Positions 27,209 to 38,894 of a DNA stretch of 64,000 nucleotides are shown here, piece after piece. The stretch spans positions 26,476,001-26,540,000 of the forward strand of contig NC_086097.1 of assembly GCF_963921235.1 (NCBI RefSeq), in the 5' to 3' direction. This DNA comes from Mobula hypostoma. Taxonomy: Eukaryota. Numbering within the stretch: position 1 is the stretch's first letter; the number at the start of each line of letters is the position of its first letter. Both the position numbers and the translations under genes were made by a program. The notes under the pieces were generated by a model. It had not been told where the DNA came from and did no database searches. It saw only the letters and a list, made by a program, of their open reading frames with translations.

Positions 27209-28400
27209 CAGTAGCATGCAAAAGTTTGAGCACCCCTGGTCAAAATTTCTGTTACTGTGAATAGCTAAGCGAGTAAAAGACGAACTGATTTCCAAAAGGC
27301 ATAAAGTTAAAGATGACACATTTCTTTAATATTTTAAGCAAGATTACTTTTTTATTTCCATCTTTTACAGTTTCAAATTAACAAAAAAGGAAAAGGGCCC
27401 GAAGCAAAAGTTTGGGCACCCTGCAAGGTCAGTACTTTGTAACACCCCCTATGATAAGTATCACAGCTTGTAAATGCTTTCTGTAGCCAGCAAAGAGTCT
27501 TTCAATTCTTGTTTGGGGGATTTTCGCCCATTCTTCCTTGCAAAAGGCTTCTAGTTCTGTAAAAATTCTTGGGCCGTCTTGCATGCACTGCTCTTTTGAG
27601 GTCTATCCACAGATTTTCGATGATGTTTAAGTCAGGTGAGGGCCATGGCAAAACCTTCAGCTTGTGCCTCTTGAGGTAGTCCATTGTGGATTTTGAGATG
27701 TATTTAGGATCATTATCCTGTTGTAGAAGCATTCCCCTTTTCATCTTCAGCTCTTTTACAGATGGTGTGATGTTTGCTTCCAGAATCTTCTGGTATTTAA
27801 TTGAATTCATTCTTCCCTCTACCAGTGATATGTTCCCCGTGCCACTGTTGGAGCTCAACTTGACCTCCACCGTTCCTGTTAACTGCCATTTCTTAATTAC
27901 ATTATGAACTGAGGAAACAGCTACCTGAAAACACTTTGCTATCTTCTTAAAGCCTTCTCCTGCTTTGTGGGCATCATTTATTTTAATTTTCAGAGTGCTT
28001 GGCAGCTGCTTAGAGGAGCCCATGCCTGCTGATTGTTGGGACAAGGTTTGAGGAATCAGGGTATTTATAAAGCTTTGAAATTTACATCACCTGGCCTTTC
28101 CTAATGATGACTGTGAACAAGCCATAGCCCTAACAAGCTGATTAAGGTCTGAGACCTTGGTAAAAGTTATCTGAGAGCTCAAATCTCTTGGGGGTGCCCA
28201 AACTTTTGCATGCTGCTCTTTCCCATTTTTTCCACTCTAAAATTGTACAAAACAAAAATAATACACTAATCTTGCTTAAACTGTTGACAAGGATGTTTCA
28301 TCTTTAACTTTATGACTTTTGGAGATCATTTCATCTTCTACTCAACTATTCACAGTAACAGAAATTTTGACCGGGCTGCCCAAACTTTTGCATGCCACTC
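27209..28400 (-). mobile_element. Internally deleted copy of the same Tc1 family, inverted orientation
   Basis: TA on both sides (27207-27208, 28401-28402) and the same TIRs. The ORF jumps from VEVKLS to SGTGNISLV, a loss of about 430 bp. Confidence 0.93.
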
Positions 28401-28509
28401 TACCACTCAAGGGCTTTCTGCAGGTGCAAGTGGGGAGAAGACGTAATGTTATCTGTTAGTTCCTCCTCTTCAAAACATCTAACTAAAGGATGAACTTTTG
28501 TTTCATAGA

Positions 28510-29082
28510 TCATTATAGAACAGTACAGACCCTTTGGCCCATGATGTTGTATTGACCTTTTAACAAACTCTAAGATAAATCTAACCCTTCTTCCTTCATT
28601 TTTTTCATTCATGTGCCTATCTAAGAGTTTCTTAAATGCCACTAACGTTATCTGCCCCTATCACTACTCCGGCAGGGCATTCCACACACTCACACCCGTC
28701 TCTGCTTAAAAAACTTAACTCTGACATTCTCCTTATACTTTTCTCCAACCACCTTAAAATTATTCCCCCTGGTATTAGCCATTTCAGCTCTGGGAAAAAG
28801 TCTCAGGCTATCGACTTGATCTATGCCTCTTATCATCTTGAACACCTCTATCAAGTCACCTCTCATCCAGTGGGTGGTGAAATTGTGGAATTCACAATTC
28901 ACTGCCAAAAAGGGCAATGGAGACCAAGTCATTGAGTATAACTAAAGTGAAGGTTGATGGGTTCTTGATTAATAAGGGCACCAAAGATTACAGGCGGAAG
29001 GAAAATAATTCAGCCATGATCAAATAATGGAGTAGACACAATGGGCCAAATGGTCTAATTCTACTCCTACATCTTATGGTTT
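28510..29082. mobile_element. Two divergent CR1 3' fragments (minus to about 28868, plus thereafter)
   Basis: 'RGDLIEVFKMIRGID' on the minus strand; CR1 3'UTR and tail on the plus strand. Confidence 0.7.
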
Positions 29083-30840
29083 TATAGGATGCTAGCTCAT
29101 TTTCCAAACACTGATCAGCAGATGGAGAATTGTATCTAGTCAGAGTTCCACTCATGGCCACCCAAACATCAGCAGCCTGTTTCAAACAGCCAACTCTTTA
29201 CAGTGCCATTTAGAACATCTACATCTGAGCCAAAGTTGACTTTACACTATATTACAGCCAGAATAAAACCAGTAAAGAACTATTTACTGATATTCTGAGA
29301 TTATGCTACACAATTTGTGGAAATGTGAAACTAAAACTCCCTTCACAGAAACAAAAACTGTGGTCGATTTATGACCTAGAGAATCTCAACTTTGCCTTCA
29401 TGTACTTGGATATAATTTGTCTAGCGATAGAGCACAGAGTAGGCCCTCCTTATCCTTCAAGCCACGTCACCTCAGCAACCCCACAACCCTGATTAGCCCT
29501 AACCTAACCATGGGATGACCAATTAACCCACCCAGTATATCCTTGGACTGGTAAGAAACTGGAGCCCTCAGGGGAAACCCATGCATTCCATGGGGAGGAC
29601 GTACAGAGATGCCAGAGTTGATCTCAAACTCTGGAACCTCCCAAGGTGTAATAGATTTGCACTAACTTGGTGCCCACACCCCTCTCTATCTATTACTCCA
29701 TCACTTTAAAGCACTTTTTGTTATGCTATTTACATTGGAAATACATGCTGGTGTGTGTGTGTTAATGCACATTTTATTCCATTCTTTAACCACTAACTTT
29801 ATTATTATATAATTATTTATTCTTTATAATTGTTGAATGTTGTTTTTTGTTGCATGTCATGCTAACACACTTCAGCAAACTCCTAATAAATATAAATGTA
29901 TTTGGCAAATAAAGTTGATCCTTGATCCTATGCCTCCACATTAAATAACACCAAACAGATCTATATTTAAACTTCTATTTCTTAAACAAATTAAGGCAAT
30001 TAACTTTTAATTTATTCAATTTCACAAGTACTGAAACTGATCTTCCTAGTGGATGCTCTCCAATCTGCAAAGGTGCATTATTAGTTAAATTTAGCATATT
30101 TTTAGATGCGTTATCTCAACTACGCAGATTGTAGTTTGTTTGTTTTCTATGCAGTTGAGGGGAGGAACAGCCAAAAGCCATGGATAACAGGAAACTAAAG
30201 CGATCCAAACTGGTTTAAACTGGACATTGAACCAGGTTCAAAGTTCAAATTTATTATCAAAGTACATATATGTCAACAAATACTACCCTGAGATTCAGTT
30301 CTTGCAGTGGATGCAAAGAAATACAACAGAATGAATGGAAAACTACAGACAAACAATCAAAGTGCAAAAGACAAACTGTGCAAATACAAATATTAATAAT
30401 AATAAATAAATAATAGATAATATTGAGAGAATGAGTTGTGTAGTCCTTGAAACCAAATCCATAAGTTGTATTATCAGTTCAGATTTGAGGTGAGGAAGTT
30501 ATCCACACTGGTTCAAGACCCTGATGGCCAAAGGGTAATAACTGTTCTTGAACCTGGTGGTGTGAGACCCAAGGCTCCTCTACCTCCTTCCCAATATCGG
30601 CAGTGAGAAGAGAGCATGACCTGGACAGTGGCATCCTTGATGAAGAATGTTGATTCCTTGTGGCAATGCTCCTTGTAGATGATGGAAAAGGCTTTTCCTG
30701 CAATGAATGGGGCTGCATCCATTACTTTCTGTATGTTCATTGCTAATAACTGGGAAGTGGTCGAAACTTAAAACTGATAAACTGGAGAGTGCATAAAATA
30801 AATGCCTGGTTAAGTCAGAAATCCTACATTTAACCATCTT

Positions 30841-32258
30841 AACTTTGCCTCCAACTTTCACCCTGCCCTCAAGTTTACCTGGTCCATTTCCGACACCTCC
30901 CTCCCCTTTCTAGATCTTTCTGTCTGTTTCTGGAGACAGCTTATCCACTGATGTCTATTGTAAGCCTACTGACTCTCACAGCTATCTGGACTATTCCTCT
31001 TCTCACCGTCTCTCTTGCAAAAACGCCATCCCCTTCTCACAATTCCTCCGTCTCCACCGCATCTGCTCTCAGGATGAGGCTTTTCATTCCAGGACGAGGG
31101 AGATGTCCTCCTTTTTTAAAGAAAGGGGCTTCCTTTCCTCCACCATCAACTCTGCTCTCAAACGCATCTCCCCCATTTCACGCACATCTGCTCTCACTCC
31201 ATCCTCCCGCCACCCCACTAGGAACAAGGTTCCCCTGGTACTCACCTACCACCCCACCAGCCTCTGGGTCCAACATATTATTCTCCATAACTTCCGCCAT
31301 CTCCAACGGGATCCCGCCAGTAAACACATCTTTCCCTTCCCCCCGCTCTCTGCTTTCCGCAGGGATCGCTCCCTACGCGACTCCTTTGTCCACTCGTTCC
31401 CCCCCATCCCTCCCCACTGACCTCCCTCCTGGCACTTATCCTTGTAAGTGGAACAAGTGCTACACATGCCCTTACACTTCCTCCCTCACCACCATTCAGG
31501 GCCCCAGACAGTCCTTCCAGGTGAGGCGACACTTCATCTGTGAGTTGGCTGGGGTGATATACTGCGTCCGGTGCTCCCGATGTCGCCTTCTATATATATT
31601 GGCGAGACCCAATGCAGACTGGGAGACCGCTTTGCTGAACACCTACGCTCTGTCCGCCAGAGAAAGCAGGATCTCCCAGTGGCCACGCATTTTAATTCCA
31701 CATCCCATTCCCATTCTGACATGTCTATCCACGGCCTCCTCTACTGTAAAGATGAAGCCGCACTCAGATTGGAGGAACAACACCTTATATTCCGTCTGGG
31801 TAGCCTCCAACCTGATGGCATGAACATTGACTTCTCTAACTTCCGCTAATGCCCCACCTCCCCCTTGTACCCCATCCGTTATTTATTTTTATACACACAT
31901 TCTTTCTCTCACTCTCCTTTTTCTCCCTCTGTCCCTCTGACTCTAGCCCTTGCCTATCCTCTGGGTTCCCCCCGCCTTGTCTTTCCCCCTGGGCCTCCGG
32001 TCCCATGATCCTCTCATATCCCTTTTGCCAATCAACTGTCCAGCTCTTGGCTCCATCCCTCCCCCTCCTGTCTTCTCCTGTCATTTTGGATCTCCCCCTC
32101 CCCCTCTCAAATCTCTTACTAACTCTTCCTTCAGTTAGTCTCGGCCTGAAACGTCGACTGTACCTCTTCCTAGAGATGCTGCCTGGCCTGCTGCGTTCAC
32201 CAGCAACTTTGATGTGTGTTGCTTGAATTTCCAGCATCTGCAGAATTCCTGTTGTTTG
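30841..32258 (+). mobile_element. Penelope-like retroelement, 5'-truncated (RT C-terminus + GIY-YIG endonuclease + 3' terminal repeat)
   Basis: Frameshifted remnants: VYCKPTDSHSYL-type RT motif, VPLVLTYHP, C-x4-C-x2-C, YIGET..RL..RF.EH and LEEQHLIFRLGSLQPDGMNIDF*. Confidence 0.92.
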
Positions 32259-32592
32259 ATTATTCTGCTAGGTCTTGATGATTCACCACCCCAACAAACC
32301 ATATCATGCAATGTTTTGAAAACATTTATTGCCTGCCATTTAGCAAAACACTTCAAATTAACTGGAAGGATAAACAAACCAATGGTAGCATCACTGCCAG
32401 ACCAACATACAATGTCAAAAAAATCAAAGAGCTGGAGGTCCATGAGCCAGTCCTCATTAGATGATCAGAGGTGGAGAAGGTCAGTAGCTTTAAATTTCCT
32501 GGTATTATCATATTAGATGATCAATCCTGGGACCAGCACACAAGTGTCATCACAAACAAAGCATGAGAGTGTCTCTACTTTCTTAGAAGCTT

Positions 32593-33003
32593 GAGCAACA
32601 CACACAAAATGCTGGTGGAACGCAGCAGGCCAGGCAGCATCTATAGGAAGAGGTGCAGTCGACGTTTTGGGCCGAGACCCTTCGTCAGGACTAACTGAAA
32701 GAAGAGATAGTAAGAGATTTGAAAGTGGGAGGGGGAGGGGGAGATCCGAAATGACAGGAGAAGACAGGAGGGGGAGGGATAGAGCCAAGAGCTGGACAGG
32801 TGATTGTCAAAAAGGATACAAGGCTGGAGAAGGGAGATGATCATGGTACGGGAGGCCGAGGGAGAAAGAAAGGGGGAGGGGAGCACCAGAGGAAGATGGA
32901 GAGCAGGCAAGGAATAATTGTGAGAGGGACAGAGAGAGAAAAAGAGAGAGAAAAAGAGAAAAGGAAAAAAATAAAAAATAATAAATAAATAAGGGATGGG
33001 GTG
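32593..33003 (-). mobile_element. Penelope 3' terminal repeat, inverted relative to 30841-32258
   Basis: Reverse complement of about 31866-32225. Confidence 0.88.
32656..32692 (-). ncRNA. Hammerhead ribozyme motif in Penelope terminal repeat, with G12>A lesion
   Basis: AGTC-CTGACGA-A-GGGTCTCGGCCC-AAAA-CG-TC^GACTG. All core positions are present except GAAA>AAAA at a CpG site. Confidence 0.65.
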
Positions 33004-34183
33004 AGAACAGGCTTCATATATTTAGTGTGACAAGTTCTATACCTGCCCCTACACCTCTTCACTCAGCACCATTCAGGGCAAGTTCCGACTTAATTGTTCT
33101 TATTAGAAACCTTTAGCAGTAACCAGGATCCTTTCCCAAGAAACAATTAATTTCTTTTAAAACAATAACAGCAGCAAGGAATACAATACTGCAACACAGT
33201 AGTAACCAATTGACTGGTATCCAGAGGCAGGGATTACTGATATTCTGGCATGAATTTCAATCCTATCATGGCAGCTACAGATTTAAATTCAAATAATGAA
33301 ATAAATCTAGAATTTATATTTAAAAAAAATAGGGTAAGTGATCACAACACTACCAGACTGTCACAAAAGCCAATCATGTTCACTGGTGCCCTTCAGAAAA
33401 GAAAATTAGTCTAGCCTGGACTCGATGCAATTCCAAATTATGCTCTTAGTATTATTTACTTACTTTTGCTTAACTGTTTTATTATTTGTACAATCTGTCT
33501 TCTTTTGCACATTATTTGTCAGCTTTTTATTTATAATGTTTCATAATAATTTATAATTCTATTGTGTTTATTTTCCTGTAAATGCCTGCAAGAAAAAGAA
33601 TCTCAAGTGACATATATGTACATTGATAATAAATTTAATTTTAACTCTGAACAGATGTCCAATTGAAGTCAACTCTTAATCGTCCTCTCCAATAATCTGT
33701 GGAATTTAGAGTGCTCTGTGTGTATCCTTTAGTTTCAAAGTTCCATTCAAAAGACATGCAGGTCAGGATAGTTTTTTTAAACAGCAGTTGAGTCGGAAGC
33801 AGAGGAGAATCTCCAGTATTGCAGGCATGCTATGTTGCTGCCAGGAGGTAGGGTAACACTTGCAGGCTGCCCCACCACATTCTTTGGTTCTGTTGCTTTA
33901 AAAAGCAAATGACCCATTTCATTGTATGTTTCGATATACAGTGCTGACAAAAAGTTTTCATGTTTTATTGTTTTACAACATTGTATCACAGAGGATTTAA
34001 TTTCGCTTTTTTGACACTGATCAACAGAAAAAGGACTCTTTCATGTCAAAGTGAAGACAGATCTCCACAAAGTGATCTAAATTAATTACAAATATGAAGC
34101 ACAAATAATTGATAGCATAAGTATTCACCCCCTTTAGTATGACATACCAAATTATCACTGGTGCAGCCAATTGGTTTCAGAAG

Positions 34184-35619
34184 TGTCACGGTCCAGTCCG
34201 CTGACTCCTCATTTTCTTTTACTTCCCTTTTCCCCATGTTCTACCGGGCTCCTTGATTAAAGCACCTGATTCTCATCCGAACCGGCAGCATAAAAACCCT
34301 GGCTAACATCTACTCAGTGTGGGACCATCACCTCAGCCAGTGCGGTAATGCATGTTCCGGGCCGCCGAGAGTGGTGGATTCCAAGTTGCTTCGGTGCCTG
34401 GGGTTGCTTCAGGGATTCTGTCTCTTCGCTTCCAGCTAAGTTATTGCCGGCCGTTTGCCGCTTTATGTGCTACCTCCGAGCCAAGATACGAATTGTCTGT
34501 CGTTGTTTGGTTTTGTCATTTCGTGTCCAGCTAAGTAGACAATAGACAATAGGTGCAGGAGTAGGCCATTCAGCCCTTCGAGTCAGCACCACCATTCACT
34601 GTGATCATGGCTGATCATCCACAATCAGTACCCTTTTCCTGCCTTCTCCCCATATCCCTTGACTCCGCTATCTTTAAGAGCTCTAACTCGTTCTTGAAAG
34701 AATCCAGAGAACTGTCTTCCACTGCCTTCTGAGGCAGAGCATTCCACAGAACCACAACCCTCTGTGTGAAAAAGTTTTTTCTCAACTCCATTCTAAATGG
34801 TCTACCCCATATTCTTAAACTGTGGCCTCTGGTTCTGGACTCCCCCAACATCAGCAACATGTTTCCTGCCTCTGGAGTGTCCAATCCTTTAATAATCTTA
34901 TACGTTTCAATCAGATCCCCTCTTATCCTTCTAAATTCCAGAGTATACAAGCCCAGTCGCTTTAATATTTCAACATATGGCAGTCCCGCCATCCCGGGAA
35001 TTAACCTCGTGAAGTACTGCTAGCCGTTTGCCTCTTCAGGTGCTACTTCGTGTTAAGATAAGAATTGCCTGCTGTTTATCTGCACTATTCTGTGTCGAGA
35101 TAAGGATTGCCAGCCATTTACCTTTCCAGTTAATGACCCACGGCAAGAGGAGTGTTGCATGCCGCCTGTCTCCAGTTAGAAGTCCAGCTCCACCAATGCC
35201 CTGGGTCAAGAAAAGCTTGGCCTGCCTACTGCTCCTCTGTCCACCCGCGCTGTTTGCCTGTGTTTACACTTTCTCTCGACCACTGAGTGTTCTGTATTCT
35301 AAGTTCTGTGCCTGCACCAGTTGCCTGTGTTAATTCCCTCTCCCCCCCCCCCCGTGTTAATAGGAGTAGGGCATTCCACCCTCTGTTCCTTCCTGGCCTC
35401 GCTCATCCCTGCTCTGCCTAAGTCTCGCCACTAAACGCCAGAGTCTTGCTGTAGTAACCCGGGTTCGATCCCCGGTCCAGCTTCGCTCACTCCTTGGCTC
35501 CCCTCAGCCTAATCCTCGCTCCCCGGCCTTCCTTGCAACTATTAATAAACACACTTCTGTTAATGCTACCTACGTGTCAGTGTCCTGCACTTGGGTCCGC
35601 TCCCAACGCCCTTGTAACA
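34184..35619 (+). mobile_element. Solo LTR (TGT...ACA) with 5-bp TSD
   Basis: AGAAG|TGTCAC...GTAACA|AGAAG (34179-34183, 35620-35624). AATAAA about 75 bp from the 3' end. Internal degenerate tandem repeats. No gag/pol. Confidence 0.82.
34538..35011 (-). mobile_element. CR1 LINE 3' fragment inserted in the LTR
   Basis: ORF 34615-34992 (RGDLIETYKI...RTRGHSL...WNALP), a (CTATTGT)n tail and a possible AAGTA duplication. Confidence 0.9.
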
Positions 35620-37173
35620 AGAAGTCACATAATTAATTAGATGGAGATGTTTTTGGAGACCTGTGTACAGTCTAGGTGTTTCAATTGATTATACTAAAAA
35701 ATACACCTGAGTCTGGAATGTTCAACTGCTGGTGAGTCAGTATCCTGACAAAAACTACACCAAGACGACAAAAAAACAACATTCCAAGCAACTCCACAAA
35801 AAGGTTATTGAAAGCACAAGTCAGGAGACAGATAAAGAAAATTTCCAGTCACTGAATATCCCTTGGAGTACAGTTAAGTCAATCATCAGGAAATGGAAAG
35901 AATATGGCACAGCTGTAAATCTGCCTAGAGCAGGCTGTCCTCAGAAAATGAGTGACTGTGCAAGAAGGGGACTTTTGAGAAAGACCACCAAGAGACCTAT
36001 GACAACTCTGGAGCAGTTACAAGCTTCAGTGGCTGAGATGGGAGAGACTGTGCAAACAACAACTGTTGCCTGTGTGCTTCACCAGTTACAGCTTAATGGG
36101 AAAATGGCAAAGAGAAAGCCACTGTTGAAAAAAAACTCATAAGAAATCTCGGCTAGAGTTTGCCAGAAGGCATGTGAGACTCTGAAGTCAGCTGGAAGAA
36201 GGTTCTACTGTCTGATGAAACCAAAATGCACTTTTTGGTCATCAGACTAAACACTATGCTTGGCATAAGCCAAGCACCGCACCTCATCAAAAACTCACCA
36301 TCCCTACCATGAAGCATGGTGGTGGCTGCGTCATGCTGTGGGGATGCTTCAATGCAGCAGGCCCTGGAAGGCTTGTGAAGGTAGAGGGTAAAATGAATGC
36401 AGCAAAATACAGGGAAATCCTGGAGGAAAACCTGATGCAGTCTGCAAGAGAACTGTGACTTCGGAGAAGATCTGTTTTTCAACAAGGCAATGACCCCAAG
36501 CATAAAGCCAAAGCTACACAGGCATGGCTTAAAAACAAAAAAGTTAATGTCCTTGAGTGGCTAAGTCAAGACCTCAATTCAATTGAGAATTTGTGGCTGA
36601 ACTTGAAAAGGGCTGTTCACTCACAATCCCCATGGAATCGGATAGAGCTTGAGCAGTTTTGTAAAGAAGGATGGGGAAAAATTGCAATGTCCAGATGTGC
36701 AAAGCTATCAAGAACTATTCACACAGACTCAAGGCTGCAACTGCTGCCAAAGGTGCATCTACTAAATAGTGACTTAAAGGGGAGAATACTTATGCAATTT
36801 TGTGCTTTATATTTGTAATTAATTTAGATCACTTTATAGAGATCTTTTTTCACTTTGACACAAAAGTGTTTTTTTCTGTTGATCAGTGTGAAAAGAGCCA
36901 AATTAAATCCTCTGTGATTCAACGTTGTAAAACAATAAAACATGAAAACTTCCAGAGGTGGGCGGGTGAATACTTCTTATAGGCACTGTACGTATGATAA
37001 ATAAATGGATCTGAATCTAGTAGCTAAATCAGATTCTTCATTTGGCAATAAAGGAAAATCCTTTCTGATCATTAAGAGCTATAAGTGGGGTTTAAAGGTA
37101 CAATCTCAACATCTGAAGCTTCATCTAGTTTGGTTCTTTTTGTTACTCTAAACATCTCCACAAGTTGAACACC

Positions 37174-37372
37174 AGAGATTCTGCAGATGCTGGAAATCCA
37201 GATAAAAATGTACATTATGCTGGAGGAACTCAGCAGGTCGGGCAGTATCAATGGAGGGGAATAAACAATCGACACTTTGGCCCAAGACCCTTCATCAGCA
37301 CCCAGTGAAGGGTCTTGGTCAGGAACGTTGACTGGTTACTTCACTGCCTGACCTGGTGAGTTCCCCCAGTGT
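37174..37372. mobile_element. Foldback (palindromic) Penelope-terminal-repeat element
   Basis: The left arm ends ...caagacccttcatcag and the right arm starts gaagggtcttgg.... The arms are imperfect reverse complements. Confidence 0.75.
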
Positions 37373-38894
37373 TCCACGAGATGGAAGTATTTAATGTTCT
37401 GCAATTTTGTTTTTGAATTTAATTTTATGTTTCTGAAAAATAACTATATTTTCTAGTATAAAAACTTAAGAAAACACTAATATTTAAAGGCGGAAAGTGG
37501 ATACTATACAAAAAGTTTTAAAATCATAGTTGCAGACTACTCAATTTGCTTCAGTGACTGGAATTCACTGGGAGGTAAGCGGATTTGTGCACTGATACTT
37601 TGTTCATTTAACTAAGCTATTTGCTTATCAGGTATTTGCTTAAGGGGTCCATTGTAATTGCAAAGGGCAACATTAAAGCCATGTGGCGTTGCATGCACAG
37701 TTGCTTTAAAGTTAATTAGGCTGCTGCAGAATAGCCCTGCCATGTCAGTGGGAGAGATTTTTTTTAAAACAGCAACTGGGCCAAAAGCCAATAGAGGAGA
37801 ATCTCTTCAACAAAATAGCTCTCTGATCATTAAGAGCTATAAATGGGGTTTAAAAGGTATAATCCCAACCTCTCAACATTTTACACACACACTCAACGTT
37901 TTACGAAGTTTCTTCCCCCTCCACCAGCAGATTTCTGAAACAGACAATGAATCCATCAACACTACCTCACTACTTTTGCTCTTTCTTTGCACTACCTATT
38001 TAATTAATGTTTGATATATTTATAATTTATAATATATTTTATGTTTTACACTGCTGCTGCAAAACAACAATTTTCTTGACATGTGTCAACGATATTAAAT
38101 CTGCTCCTGATTCTGAGGTGACTTCACTCACCTCAACCTATGGACTAATTTTCAAAGACACTATAACTCATACTCTCAGTATTTATTATGAACTTATGTT
38201 TTTATTCTTTTTATTTATGTAGTTTGTCCTTTGCGTGTTGGTTGCTTGTTAGTCTTGTGTATAGTTGTCATTGATTCTATTGTATTTCTTTGTTCTACTG
38301 TGAATGCCTGCAAAGAAATTAATCTCAGGGTAGTATATGGTGACAAACACGTATTTTGATAACAAATTTACTTTGAACTCTTAAGTTTCGTTTAACTTGG
38401 TTCTTTTTGTCCTCGAAACATCTTGATTAGAAATATGTAACGAACACAAAATGGTGGAGGAACTTGGAAGGTCAGGCAGTTGCTATGGAGAGGAATGAAG
38501 TCAATGTTTCGAGTCGAGTCTCTTTATCTGGACTGGAAAGGGAGGGGGAAGAGCCAGAATAAGGTGGTGTGGGACGGGAAAGGAGGACAAGCTGGTGGGT
38601 GATAGGTGAGAGGGAAGGCAAGTGGGTGGGGGAAATGGGGGCAAGTCTGGGCGAGCATGTGGTTGAAGAGTCGGAAAGAAGCAGAGATCACAGAGGGGGA
38701 GCAGTGAGAGCAGGTTTTTATGAATTCCCATCAAAGAGATGATTTAAACTTCAGGGTAGGCATACCTCAGAGACTTCGCTGTGGAGCAGCAAATCATAAA
38801 CACAAGAGATTCTGCAGATGCTGGAAATCCAGAGCAACACACACAAAATGCTGGAGGGACAGCAGATCAGGCAACATCTATGGAGAGGAATAAG

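Larger units (their letters stand above)
33939..36988 (+). mobile_element. Tc1 transposon (Passport-like), decayed transposase about 35760-36770, interrupted by an LTR
   Basis: TA|CAGTGC...GCACTG|TA with long TIRs. Peptides STVKSIIRKWKEYGTAVNLPRAG, SDET, KHGGG and MLWGCF. Confidence 0.92.

Noticed and set aside
30951..31823. 290-aa S/P/T-rich ORF
   Set aside because: It is an alternative frame over the frameshifted Penelope ORF, with no independent gene features.
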